Part shown: positions 47,338 through 57,267 of the stretch, in pieces
Position numbering within the stretch: position 1 is the stretch's first letter
Layout: each line of letters begins with the position of its first letter
Notes under the pieces: generated by a model
Database searches by the model: none
What the model saw: the letters and a program-made list of their open reading frames with translations, nothing else
Told to the model about the DNA's origin: nothing
Program-made: the position numbers and the translations under genes
Source: an uncultured virus (IMG/VR IMGVR_UViG_3300046387_001330)
Taxonomy: Duplodnaviria > Heunggongvirae > Uroviricota > Caudoviricetes
Direction: 5' to 3' (one strand)
IMG/VR virus record: IMGVR_UViG_3300046387_001330
Length of the DNA: 64,000 nucleotides

Positions 47338-49110
47338 ATGGAAGAAATACAAATAAAAACAGGTGCAAGAATAAGTAATATTCTTCAGTCAACTGTAACA
47401 TATGCTCAGGCATTTACGGAGTTGGTAAAGAATTCTATGCAAAGTGGAGCAACATTTGTTGAAATTACACTTAATGAAGATAGTGCAATTATCAAAGACA
47501 ATGGAATTGGATTTGATCATAACAAAGATGAAAATGGAATGACTGGATTTGAAAAATATTTTGTTTTCGGAAATTCGTATGATATGAGCAATGGTGTGGG
47601 TCCAACTCTAGGTCAAATGGGTATAGGTGGGAAAATTGCAAATGACAAATTATCAGATAACGAAAATACGCATTGGACCCTTGAAACAAAAAATTCTTAC
47701 GATAAATCTTTTTTGGTAACATATAAACCCGGTAAAACAGAATTTCTTGATGAGTATTCACCTTCTATTGAAGAATTGACTGAAACAAATATTACTACTG
47801 AAACGGGTACAATTGTTACAATTCATAATTTAGATTTACCCATCGTAAAAGAGGGGTGGGATATTAGTAAGATAGCAAAAGAATTAAAGGACTTTTTCGG
47901 ATTTTTAGTCAGAAGTGGTAACAATGAATTTAATGTTATTTTAAACGGAAAATCATTACAATTTGATTATACATTACCTGGATATGTTTTTCCTTCAATT
48001 GATAAAACTATTGAGGTAAATGTTGGAGATGAAATTAAAAATGCTAATATAAATTTCAATTTAAGTTTGATGCAAAATAGTGCGGATATTGCATCATGTC
48101 CATTAGATGGAGTTATTGTGGTATCTGGTGTGAAAGTATGTGATTTAAAATACGATAAGGAAGAAATAATTAAGAAGGTGTATGCTAAAATATCAGATGA
48201 AGTTGGAAGTGAAATTGCACCACAGACATCGGTAAGAAACTTATTCACTAAACTAAGAGGTTTTGTAGTTTGTGAGGAACTTAGTTCATTACTTGATCAC
48301 ACAGGAATGCCGGCAAAAGATTTGTCACACCATGCGTTGCGTGAAGATCATCCACTTACAATACCGTTTTATACAAAGGTATATGAAGTTTTGACAGATT
48401 TACTGAGAGGATTTTTGTTGCTCAACTCAAAACAAAATACAAATAAGTTAGAAATTCTTGCAAATAATGTCGTACGTATGATTACTAACGACATGAAGAT
48501 AGACGAAAAATATTTAATTAACTTGGGCATCAAAACACCAACATTTGAGTCAGCAGAAACAAGAATGATTAAAGTGAAAGTTGCTGATGACATCATTGGT
48601 AATTTAATTAAAGCAGAAATACATAATAAATTAAAAAAAGCAAAACGAAAACGAAGAAAAAGAAATGAGTTGGAAAACAAATTGCTTGCAAAAAACGAAA
48701 AGAAACAAAATAAGAAAAACAATATAAAAATTGAGATTCCTGCGGAATTACAACAAGCAGACAATGGTAAATTTATTGAAGATGAAACTGGAGAGGAAAG
48801 GAAATTCCATGATCCACGTGGAATACCATATCAAATAAAACCATTTGGAAGTGGATATGAAAAAATAATGTCTGACTTTGAACACGAAACTAACTTTTGT
48901 GTTTATATAAACTCAGAAAATCACAAATTTGTATCATTTAATAATTCCGGTGATAATCTCGGATTAGCATTACACATTGCAGAGTCAATCATCCGTGAAC
49001 TGACAAGATTCACTAATCCGTCTGCAACTAAAAACGAACTTGATGAGAAATTGTCTGATTTTTATTTGCATAGTTATGCAAAACTAAGAAAAAATAATTT
49101 ATTTCAATAA
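47338..49110 (+). CDS. GHKL-family ATPase (HATPase_c / MORC-like)
   Basis: Start moved to ATG 47338; AFTELVKNS, IKDNGIGF, GQMGIGGK, GTIVTI; later LRGFVVCE and VYINSENH. Confidence 0.8.
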   Translation: MEEIQIKTGARISNILQSTVTYAQAFTELVKNSMQSGATFVEITLNEDSAIIKDNGIGFDHNKDENGMTGFEKYFVFGNSYDMSNGVGPTLGQMGIGGKIANDKLSDNENTHWTLETKNSYDKSFLVTYKPGKTEFLDEYSPSIEELTETNITTETGTIVTIHNLDLPIVKEGWDISKIAKELKDFFGFLVRSGNNEFNVILNGKSLQFDYTLPGYVFPSIDKTIEVNVGDEIKNANINFNLSLMQNSADIASCPLDGVIVVSGVKVCDLKYDKEEIIKKVYAKISDEVGSEIAPQTSVRNLFTKLRGFVVCEELSSLLDHTGMPAKDLSHHALREDHPLTIPFYTKVYEVLTDLLRGFLLLNSKQNTNKLEILANNVVRMITNDMKIDEKYLINLGIKTPTFESAETRMIKVKVADDIIGNLIKAEIHNKLKKAKRKRRKRNELENKLLAKNEKKQNKKNNIKIEIPAELQQADNGKFIEDETGEERKFHDPRGIPYQIKPFGSGYEKIMSDFEHETNFCVYINSENHKFVSFNNSGDNLGLALHIAESIIRELTRFTNPSATKNELDEKLSDFYLHSYAKLRKNNLFQ

Positions 49111-49124
49111 AAAAGGAAAATACT

Positions 49125-49799
49125 ATGATAGACCACGATTTAAAATGCATATTCATTCACATTCCACGCACAGCGGGTAGCAGTTTAGCAACTGCAATAA
49201 CTCAGAGAAAAAAAGACGGAGAAAGATTTGATCACTCTGCTCGGGATGCAAAAGAATCAAAGAAAATACACTTTACAGTTGAACAAGCACAAAAAACATT
49301 TGGCATGGACGTTTGGAACGAGTACCTTACATTTTCCTTTGTAAGAAATCCGTGGGATCGTCTAGTTTCTCAGTACCAATGGAGAAGGGCAAAAGGTGAA
49401 CGTGATGTAGCAAAACGTGATTTTAAAGAATGGACAAAATGGAGATGGGAAGGTTGGTTAAATTGGTTGGAAAATCCTCGTAAAGTTATCCGTGGGGTTC
49501 CTGTTCTTGGGCATCGTGATAAAGCAGTGGTTTTAACTCATGCTTTCAATGAAATTTATGATGAAAAAGAAAAAAAGATTCAAGTGAAATGGATCGGAAG
49601 ATACGAAAATTTACGTGAAGATTTAGAGGTATTATGTGAAAAACTTGGAATTGATAAAGATATAGTTCTACCTCACAAACACAATGCTAAAAATCGTCCA
49701 CATTACACAGATTTTTATGACGATGAGTGTATTGAAATAGTTCGTAAGTTCTATAAGAATGACATAGAAGTTTTAGGTTACAAGTATGGAGAGAATTAA
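49125..49799 (+). CDS. Sulfotransferase family 2
   Basis: FIHIPRTAGSSL, FVRNPWDRLVSQY, IGRYENLREDL, DIEVLGYKYGE. Confidence 0.9.
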   Translation: MIDHDLKCIFIHIPRTAGSSLATAITQRKKDGERFDHSARDAKESKKIHFTVEQAQKTFGMDVWNEYLTFSFVRNPWDRLVSQYQWRRAKGERDVAKRDFKEWTKWRWEGWLNWLENPRKVIRGVPVLGHRDKAVVLTHAFNEIYDEKEKKIQVKWIGRYENLREDLEVLCEKLGIDKDIVLPHKHNAKNRPHYTDFYDDECIEIVRKFYKNDIEVLGYKYGEN

Positions 49800-50335
49800 T
49801 GCTGTATTGTTCGTTAGGTTCACAACCAGTAGTTTCTTCTGTACTGAAAAATTGTTCTTTAAATTTGACACCTTGTATATTTGATAATGTTGGTGATTTA
49901 TATTTTGAAACATTATTAAATTGCATAGACACTCAATTTAAAGATTTCTTTCCACCTAAAAATAAACTACAAATTCTTCCTAATATAAGCAGTATAAGCA
50001 ATAATGTTGCATACTCTGTTGTAAAAGACAAACGAAATAATACATTATTTTACGACATTCTTCCACTTGGTAAAAGTATTGATGGTATATACAAAGGTGC
50101 GAAAACAAAATACGAAAGACTTGGGTGTGAATTTATACAAGCAATTCAGAATACAAAATCTGCAATATTTGTGAGACAGATGATAGACGATAATAGAACG
50201 GATACTATGGAATTACAAAAAACACTTAAATGGAACTTTCCATCTTGTAAATTTTATTTAAAACACGGATACGCAGGTATAAATCCTAAAAAGTGTTTTA
50301 ATTTTTGGAAACAGGAGTTAAGGTGTGATTCCTAA
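49799..50335 (+). CDS. Hypothetical protein, degenerate DUF1796-like
   Basis: YCSLGSQP..TPCIFD..KYERL..AIFVR loosely parallels the 32889 gene. Confidence 0.4.
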   Translation: MLYCSLGSQPVVSSVLKNCSLNLTPCIFDNVGDLYFETLLNCIDTQFKDFFPPKNKLQILPNISSISNNVAYSVVKDKRNNTLFYDILPLGKSIDGIYKGAKTKYERLGCEFIQAIQNTKSAIFVRQMIDDNRTDTMELQKTLKWNFPSCKFYLKHGYAGINPKKCFNFWKQELRCDS

Positions 50336-51032
50336 GATAATACATCAAATATGGTTCGGTGAACGAGATTATAGAAAATTATATAATCCAGAATGGATTG
50401 ATTCTTGGAAAGAATTAAATCCACACTATGAATATATTGTTCATACTGAAACTGATGCTATAAAAGTTCTGCAAAAGTATCCTAAGTATTACGAAGTATT
50501 CAAGAAATTGGATGCAAAACGAAATTTAAAATATGCACTAAGGTCAGACTTTTTAAGGTATCTTTTAATGTATGAATATGGTGGAATATACGTGGACATG
50601 GACTTTGAGTGCTATAAACCAATTGATCCATTAATTGAAGAATACAAAAATGAAGTGATATTAGGTAGACTTGGTAATAATAAAAAGTGGATACATTCAG
50701 TACCGAATTCAATACTTTTTTCAAAACCAAAGTCCGAGTTTTGGATATATGTGTTAAATACAATATGTGAAAAAAATTTAAAAGGTAAAATAGGAAGACT
50801 GATGGTTGAGAAATACACAGGACCAATTATGCTTAAACAATGCACAGATTCATATGATGACAAGTCAATGATTTCACTTGTACCTTCAGAATATTTATAC
50901 CCAATGAGTTGGAAGAAGAGGAGGGGTGTGGTTTACAAGTATATTTCTATACAGAAAAAGTCATTGGAGGAACGTCGTAGTGAGTTCTCTGATGCGTATG
51001 CGGCGACTTATTGGGGTGCTAAGTGGAATTAA
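50325..51032 (+). CDS. GT32 (OCH1/Gly_transf_sug DXD) glycosyltransferase
   Basis: IPKIIHQIWFG, SWKELNP, RSDFLRY..YEYGGIYVDMD, TGP. Confidence 0.9.
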   Translation: MIPKIIHQIWFGERDYRKLYNPEWIDSWKELNPHYEYIVHTETDAIKVLQKYPKYYEVFKKLDAKRNLKYALRSDFLRYLLMYEYGGIYVDMDFECYKPIDPLIEEYKNEVILGRLGNNKKWIHSVPNSILFSKPKSEFWIYVLNTICEKNLKGKIGRLMVEKYTGPIMLKQCTDSYDDKSMISLVPSEYLYPMSWKKRRGVVYKYISIQKKSLEERRSEFSDAYAATYWGAKWN

Positions 51033-51035
51033 CAA

Positions 51036-51770
51036 ATGAAAAAATTTAAAATATCATTTTGTACTTCTTGTACTAAGAGACTTCATCATATTAAAGAAAC
51101 TTTCATAAATAATTTAGAGAAAAATATTGATTACGGTGATGTCGAGTTTGTGTTATTAAATTGGAACTCACGTGATGGGATGGACGACTGGGTTAGTTGT
51201 AATTTACAAAAATATATTGAGTCGGGTATAGTAAAGTATTTACATTCAAAAAAAGCAAAAGAATTCGAAATGGCACGAACAAAAAATGTAACGGCAAGAA
51301 ATGCTTCGGGTGATATAATATGCTGGGTTGATGGTGATAATTTTTTATCAAAAGATTATGCTTTTTATTTAAATGATGTTTTTAATAAAAACCAAGACAT
51401 CATACTAAACAATATCGTGAGGGTAACTAAAAAAAGAGAAGCAAAATCTAATTGGGGGCGAATTGCTATATTAAAAAAATATTTCACTGAGGTTAATGGG
51501 TATGATGAAACATTCAAAGGTTGGGGGTGGGAAGAACGAGATTTTAAGCAAAGAATTATTGGTAAATTCAAATTAAATGATGTTAAATTTGAAAAACAAG
51601 ATTGCAACTACATAGAACATAAAAATACATTCCAACGTCCACGTAGGACAAATATTGACAATAGAAATCGTGCTTATCAAAATATGAAAAACAAAAAATT
51701 TGTTGTAAATGAAGATAATGAATTTGGAAGTATTTCTGACTTAAAAATAATAGGTGGACAATCTTGGTAA
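51036..51770 (+). CDS. GT2 / GT7_C-type glycosyltransferase
   Basis: LNWNSRDG, KNVTARNASGD, WVDGDN, NGYDETFKGWGWEERDF. Confidence 0.85.
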   Translation: MKKFKISFCTSCTKRLHHIKETFINNLEKNIDYGDVEFVLLNWNSRDGMDDWVSCNLQKYIESGIVKYLHSKKAKEFEMARTKNVTARNASGDIICWVDGDNFLSKDYAFYLNDVFNKNQDIILNNIVRVTKKREAKSNWGRIAILKKYFTEVNGYDETFKGWGWEERDFKQRIIGKFKLNDVKFEKQDCNYIEHKNTFQRPRRTNIDNRNRAYQNMKNKKFVVNEDNEFGSISDLKIIGGQSW

Positions 51771-51776
51771 TTTAAA

Positions 51777-52394
51777 ATGGAAAATAAAAATAATAAAATT
51801 CTTTTTTTAGGTGATTCAATAACACGTCATTATTTTAAAAATGTAAACGAGTTACTTTCTGAGTATGAAATTGATTCTAAAATTCCCCACAAAAATGTAT
51901 CACAACAACAGAAACAAATTAAATTTATTAAAAGAAATCTGTTTAAATTTGGTGGAAAAAAGTCAAGAATGGATGTAAATTGTGTTCATTTTAATTTTGG
52001 TCTTCATAGTATAAAATTACCAAATAAAGGACACGATCCGAATTTTAAACGAGCATTACCAGTTTGGTTTGAACGATACGAGAACGAATTAATTGAGCAA
52101 ATAAAGTTATTAAAAAGATACAATAAAAAAATATTCTTTTCAAATACTACACTCAATCCAAAAAATGCAGGTATGAGAAACAACGATGATGTCAAAAAAT
52201 TAAATGACATAGCAAAAAATGTTACGGAGAAATACAATGTGCCTTACAACGATTTATATTCACACATAGTTTCTAAACCAAATTATCATTTATTATACAG
52301 ACACCCTAGACGTGAAAATAATTGTCACTTTAATCAATCAGGATGTAAATTTTTGGCAAACATTATTACGAAGTTTATTGTGGATAACCTTTAA
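51777..52394 (+). CDS. SGNH/GDSL hydrolase (possible O-acetyl esterase or transferase)
   Basis: FLGDSIT, FNFGLH, NDLY, NCHFNQSG. Confidence 0.8.
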   Translation: MENKNNKILFLGDSITRHYFKNVNELLSEYEIDSKIPHKNVSQQQKQIKFIKRNLFKFGGKKSRMDVNCVHFNFGLHSIKLPNKGHDPNFKRALPVWFERYENELIEQIKLLKRYNKKIFFSNTTLNPKNAGMRNNDDVKKLNDIAKNVTEKYNVPYNDLYSHIVSKPNYHLLYRHPRRENNCHFNQSGCKFLANIITKFIVDNL

Positions 52395-52421
52395 TAAAAC
52401 GATTAAGTATTAAATTATATT

Positions 52422-52430
52422 ATATTTATA
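52422..52430 (+). promoter_or_regulatory. ATATTTATA motif, followed by an AGGAGG ribosome-binding site
   Basis: Intergenic, 13 nt before ATG 52444. Confidence 0.55.
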
Positions 52431-52443
52431 TTAGGAGGGGTGT

Positions 52444-53130
52444 ATGGCAATTAAAGATAGAATAAAAAATCCATTTGGAAAATATAAAGATGTTCACAGA
52501 GATGAGTCTGTAATATTATATGGAAGTGGTCCATCTATTCAAAAATTTAATACAAAAAAGAATGTATTAAAAATTGGAATGAATGAACAAATTTACTTAA
52601 ACTTGGACCTTGATTATTGGTTCATGGGAGATACAAGATACAAACAACCTGAAAAATTTGTAAATTGTAAAAAAGATTATTACGAATATCAACCAAACAT
52701 AACAAAGTTTGTTCGTTGGCAAATTTGGACAAAATGGGGAAGGATGCCATATAATATGCCACATTCAACTTACTATGTTGCTAAATTATTTCGGGACAAG
52801 ACACGGTGTGGTTTTACCAAAAATATAGATAAAGAAATAATGCCAACATTTAAATCAATCACAGATGAAGCATTACAATTTGCTTTATTTACCGGAGTAA
52901 AAAGAATTTATTTAGTAGGACACGATTGCGATTATTCATCGGGTACATTCAGAACCGGAAGACACGCAGAAAGTGCGAATGAGGAGGAGGAATTACTATT
53001 GTTATATTGGGGGTATATTAAAGAATGGGTCAAAGAAAACTATCCTGATGTGGAAATATATTCTATAAATCCAGTTGCATTGAGAATTTTTGAAGAAGTG
53101 AGTGAAAAGGATATTATAGAAAATGAATAA
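52444..53130 (+). CDS. Maf/DUF115-like protein, putative nonulosonate (sialyl-type) transferase
   Basis: ILYGSGPSI, IGMN, ALQFALFTGVKRIYLVGHDC; adjacent to a CMP-sugar synthetase. Confidence 0.65.
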   Translation: MAIKDRIKNPFGKYKDVHRDESVILYGSGPSIQKFNTKKNVLKIGMNEQIYLNLDLDYWFMGDTRYKQPEKFVNCKKDYYEYQPNITKFVRWQIWTKWGRMPYNMPHSTYYVAKLFRDKTRCGFTKNIDKEIMPTFKSITDEALQFALFTGVKRIYLVGHDCDYSSGTFRTGRHAESANEEEELLLLYWGYIKEWVKENYPDVEIYSINPVALRIFEEVSEKDIIENE

Positions 53131-53785
53131 TTCAGTTTGTTTTATACCAATTAAAAAAAGAAGTACCCGTGTTCCTAGTAAAAATCTTAGACGATTAAAT
53201 GGAAAACCTTTATTTAAGTATATAGTAGATGTTGCTAAACAATCAGAAGGATTTGATGACATTTACATCGATACAGATAGTGAAGAAATCAAAGAGTATT
53301 GTGTCAAAAATAATTTAAATATAATTGATCGTGATCCTGCGTTAGCAGAAGATTCTGCGAATGGAAATGACCTATTAAACCATTGGTATGAAATGTATCC
53401 TGACTATGATTATTATTTTCAATTATTTGCAACATCTCCATTTACAAAATCAAAAACAATTAAAGATTGTATAAGAATTTTACATACAGATGATTCCATA
53501 GATTCTATTTTTACTGCCAATGAAAATTGTGGGTGGTATTGGTTTAATGGAAAACCTATAAATTATAATCCAAAAATACTACCACGAAGTCAGGATGCTA
53601 AAAAAGTTTTTAACGAAACAACTGCTTTATATGGAATAAAGAAGTCAGTTCTTAAAAAACATAAATGTAGAATTGGAGATAATCCATATTTTTATATGGT
53701 TGGTGATATTGAGGCAACAGACATTGATTCAGAATTCGATTTTATGGTTGCGGATATGATAGCAAAGGAGGGTTGGTCCGAGTGA
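53123..53785 (+). CDS. neuA: Acylneuraminate (nonulosonate) cytidylyltransferase
   Basis: IPIKKRSTRVPSKNLRRLNGKPL, IDTDSEEI, FATSPF, LPRSQD, TDIDSEFDF. Confidence 0.85.
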   Translation: MNNSVCFIPIKKRSTRVPSKNLRRLNGKPLFKYIVDVAKQSEGFDDIYIDTDSEEIKEYCVKNNLNIIDRDPALAEDSANGNDLLNHWYEMYPDYDYYFQLFATSPFTKSKTIKDCIRILHTDDSIDSIFTANENCGWYWFNGKPINYNPKILPRSQDAKKVFNETTALYGIKKSVLKKHKCRIGDNPYFYMVGDIEATDIDSEFDFMVADMIAKEGWSE

Positions 53786-54552
53786 GAGTTTCATTGTATA
53801 CTCAAATCTTTCCACGACTTGAAGTATTCTTTCTTGAAGAATGGATTGAGCATAATTCTAATATTGGCATTGATTCCATTTACATCTACAATAATGGTTA
53901 TACATCAGTTGATGATGGTTCGTATATTGAAATTCTAAAAAGAAAATTAACGAAAAACGAGCAAAATGTAAAATGGATAAAAAAACCAGACTCTGATTAT
54001 TTCTTAGAATATACAGATGATGAGATTGATAAAAAATTAAATGATATAGCCGGGAAATATGAAAATGTTTATATAAAAAATTGGAGAACATCAATTGAGT
54101 GTCCCAACTCACAACGAAGAGAGTGTCAAATAGAGGGATATAAAGATTGTGTAAATTCAAATAAATCTGATTGGTGGATTCATCTTGATCCTGATGAATT
54201 TTTATGTTTGCATTTGCATGATAATATCAAAGATTTTATAGGAAGTCATGATAAAGTTGGTTCATTTAATTTTACACAAAGAGTATTTGAAAATAGAAAA
54301 CGAAATCAAAAAATAACTGATATAATAAAATATGGTTATGATTTGAAACGATATAAATCACTTGTTAAATTCCCAATAAATGAATTTAGAGTGCATTCAT
54401 CAAAATCATCATTTGGTAAAGTTTTAAATGTTGACGGTGATGTAGCAAGATTCCATCACTACAGAGGTACACCAAGTGAGTCTGCGGGAAAAACACATAT
54501 TAAATATGGGAATAATAATTTTAATAAAATGGATAGGAGTTTGCAAAAATGA
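53782..54552 (+). CDS. GT92/GT2_4-like glycosyltransferase
   Basis: FLEEWIEHN..GIDSIYIYNN, WIHLDPDEF, KSLV, FHHY; GTG start overlaps the previous TGA. Confidence 0.75.
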   Translation: MRVSLYTQIFPRLEVFFLEEWIEHNSNIGIDSIYIYNNGYTSVDDGSYIEILKRKLTKNEQNVKWIKKPDSDYFLEYTDDEIDKKLNDIAGKYENVYIKNWRTSIECPNSQRRECQIEGYKDCVNSNKSDWWIHLDPDEFLCLHLHDNIKDFIGSHDKVGSFNFTQRVFENRKRNQKITDIIKYGYDLKRYKSLVKFPINEFRVHSSKSSFGKVLNVDGDVARFHHYRGTPSESAGKTHIKYGNNNFNKMDRSLQK

Positions 54553-55232
54553 AACCTTTTGATTTTTTTGATGCAATATTTTGCATAAATTTAGATAAAA
54601 GACCAAATCGTTGGGAGTCTGCTCAGAAAGAGTTCGAGAAGATAGGTATTCTTGATAAGGTTAAACGATTCAGTGCAGTTGAGGATACGAAGCATCCAGA
54701 ACGTGGTTGCTTTGAAAGTCATTTGGGGTGTATATTTAAGGCACGGGAGAAAAAATTAAATAACGTCTGCATTTTTGAAGATGATGTAGTTTTTTTACCT
54801 TGCTATTCAGACGAAAAAATGAATAATGCAGTTGAAAAACTAAAGGAGGATGAACATTGGCAATTTTTTTATCTAGGTGGACTTGAAAGACGAATTAAAC
54901 CAAGAAAGAGATATGATTTTTTAAAAAGTAAATACGATGGAGAGTTTGATCATAAATGTGATTATTTAATGCAATGTAGATCAGTTGGCTGGGCTCAATC
55001 ATATGTAGTAAATTCAAATATATTTGATAAAATATGGGATGACTATAATAACAACTTATGGGATATTGTTAATAAAAAATATAATGGAAAGACCGGTGGA
55101 AGTGATAAATATTATCAAGACATACTTAAACCAAAATCGTATGTATGTGTGCCTTCTTTTACAAGTCAATATGATATGGTTAGTGACCTAACACAATCGA
55201 GGATGAATAAGAACTTACGAGTTAAAAAGTAA
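54549..55232 (+). CDS. Glycosyltransferase family 25-like
   Basis: CINLDKRPNRW, RFSAV, GCFESH, IFEDDV, YLGG. Confidence 0.85.
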   Translation: MKPFDFFDAIFCINLDKRPNRWESAQKEFEKIGILDKVKRFSAVEDTKHPERGCFESHLGCIFKAREKKLNNVCIFEDDVVFLPCYSDEKMNNAVEKLKEDEHWQFFYLGGLERRIKPRKRYDFLKSKYDGEFDHKCDYLMQCRSVGWAQSYVVNSNIFDKIWDDYNNNLWDIVNKKYNGKTGGSDKYYQDILKPKSYVCVPSFTSQYDMVSDLTQSRMNKNLRVKK

Positions 55233-55233
55233 A

Positions 55234-55902
55234 ATGAAAAATCCATTTGATGTATTTGATAAAATAATTTGTATTTGTGGCAAGCACGAAGAGGACAGAT
55301 GGGTAAAGGTGCAAACACAATTTGATTCAGTTGGAATTTTAGACCGAATTGAAAGATTTGATGAAGTAATTGATACAAACTGGTTGACTGAAACATATGG
55401 AAAAACATCAGAGTGGAGTAAAACTGATTATTGTCATTGGAAAATTATTTCAGATGCCCATATTGATAATTTAAAAAACGTATTCATATTTGAAAGTGAT
55501 ATAGAATTTATATCAACGGATATGATTGCTATGCAAAAGTCCGTTGATTCTTTAAAATTAGTAGATTGGAAACTATTTTTTATGGGAGGAATACCTCATA
55601 GTGTTTTTAGAATTGTAAATGAACATTTAATCAACACTTCAATGTGTCAGGCTCATGCTTATGCAATCAATGGAAACTATTGCGAAGAGGTTGCGGAAAA
55701 ATTAATGGAAAGTAAAATAGCAATTGACCAAGTTTACAAACGTGGTAAAAGATTTGATCTAGCAAGAAAATCATTTACATCGTATCCAAGATTTGTTCAT
55801 CAAAATGATCCTAAAGTTCCCAAACGACAGAAAATTTCAAGAAAAAGATGGAATTCAGTAATTGAACCAAGAATGAAGGATTACAAAAGTGATAAATCAT
55901 AA
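55234..55902 (+). CDS. Divergent GT25-like glycosyltransferase
   Basis: Paralog of the previous gene: EDRW, IFESDI, WKLFFMGG, AHAYAING, IDQ. Confidence 0.75.
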   Translation: MKNPFDVFDKIICICGKHEEDRWVKVQTQFDSVGILDRIERFDEVIDTNWLTETYGKTSEWSKTDYCHWKIISDAHIDNLKNVFIFESDIEFISTDMIAMQKSVDSLKLVDWKLFFMGGIPHSVFRIVNEHLINTSMCQAHAYAINGNYCEEVAEKLMESKIAIDQVYKRGKRFDLARKSFTSYPRFVHQNDPKVPKRQKISRKRWNSVIEPRMKDYKSDKS

Positions 55903-56518
55903 ATACAAGTTTATATTTATGCACATCCCGAAAACTGCGGGTGCGAGTATTGAAAAGTCATTATCGGAACTTGATGAGACTGAAGATGTATCATTAATGA
56001 TGCAATTAAAAAGAGAACGATATATCGCAAAAACATTGTGTGATAATATAGATTATTTATATTTTATGTTTGTTAGAAATCCATACGATAGATTAGTGTC
56101 TGTTTATCGTCATAGTATGAGAAAACGAAGAAGATTTCCTCGTCTTAATTTTACGGATTGGTTAATTGCAATTGAAGACTTTTTTATAAATAAGGTCGAT
56201 GATGGTAGGTTATCTACATTTGACAAAAGACACGCAAGATCACAATCTCTATACATACCACAAGAAAATAATATGTATTTTGGAACACCCATTAAAAATA
56301 AACCAGAAAATATGATAGTGGGTAAATTTGAAAATTTAAATGAAGAATATTCTAATATCACAAAAAAAATTGGAAAGACTTTAGAATTACCACATGAAGA
56401 TTGGGGAAGTAAAAATAAAGTTGATATAAGTGAATATTACACAGAACGTGCAAGAGAAATTGTCTTAAATTTATACTCAGAAGATTTTGATACACTGGGA
56501 TATAATCGTAAATTATAG
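55889..56518 (+). CDS. Sulfotransferase family 2
   Basis: FMHIPKTAGASIE, FVRNPYDRLVS, HARSQ, VGKFENL, EDFDTLGY. Confidence 0.9.
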   Translation: MINHKYKFIFMHIPKTAGASIEKSLSELDETEDVSLMMQLKRERYIAKTLCDNIDYLYFMFVRNPYDRLVSVYRHSMRKRRRFPRLNFTDWLIAIEDFFINKVDDGRLSTFDKRHARSQSLYIPQENNMYFGTPIKNKPENMIVGKFENLNEEYSNITKKIGKTLELPHEDWGSKNKVDISEYYTERAREIVLNLYSEDFDTLGYNRKL

Positions 56519-56532
56519 GAGTAAAATGTCAG

Positions 56533-57267
56533 GTGAATTTGGTAGACAAAATAATACCCTATGTTGATAATAATCTTATAGTATTGGGATTTGCAGACAA
56601 AAGATACAAAGAAATTGCAATCAATTGGGTAAAATATATTGATAAACTTGGTATTAAAAACTATGTGATTGTTGCACTTGATACAGAGGTATTTGGATAC
56701 CTATCTGAACGTGAAATTAATGTGATTATGTGCGAGGGAAATATATCTAAAAAATCCGGTACTGGATGGAGATGGAGAATGGATAAAATTCGTGAGTTAG
56801 TTGATAACTCTATTGATGTATTACACTCAGACTTAGATGCTGTGTGGTTAAGGAATCCACTTAGTGTACTTGATAATTTTGACATCGTTGCATCTTCTGT
56901 CGAGAGTGGATTTCCAACTGATACTAGGAATCGTTGGGGGTTTACAATTTGCATGGGTTGGATATTTTATCGTGCAACGAAAAATGTTAGTTCATTGCTT
57001 TGTAAAATATTTGATGGAACTAAGGATTATGATGATCAAACTGAATTTAACAATTATTTATCATCAAATATATCATTGGATGAAATGAATAAATTGCAAT
57101 GTGGTAGTCGTGAATTTAAAATTCAAGATATTGATATTAAAATTTTGAATTCCGAAATTATAAAACGTGGTCATTACAATGAAACTGCATTGGTGTGTCA
57201 CCCAATGATGAAGAAAAAAGCAGATTGTAAAACTCAATTGAAACGAAGGGGATTGTGGTGCATATGA
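56533..57267 (+). CDS. Nucleotide-diphospho-sugar transferase (GT77-like)
   Basis: AINW, IVALD, VLHSDLDAVWLRNP, ICMGW, DDQTEFN; AGGAG upstream. Confidence 0.8.
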   Translation: MNLVDKIIPYVDNNLIVLGFADKRYKEIAINWVKYIDKLGIKNYVIVALDTEVFGYLSEREINVIMCEGNISKKSGTGWRWRMDKIRELVDNSIDVLHSDLDAVWLRNPLSVLDNFDIVASSVESGFPTDTRNRWGFTICMGWIFYRATKNVSSLLCKIFDGTKDYDDQTEFNNYLSSNISLDEMNKLQCGSREFKIQDIDIKILNSEIIKRGHYNETALVCHPMMKKKADCKTQLKRRGLWCI

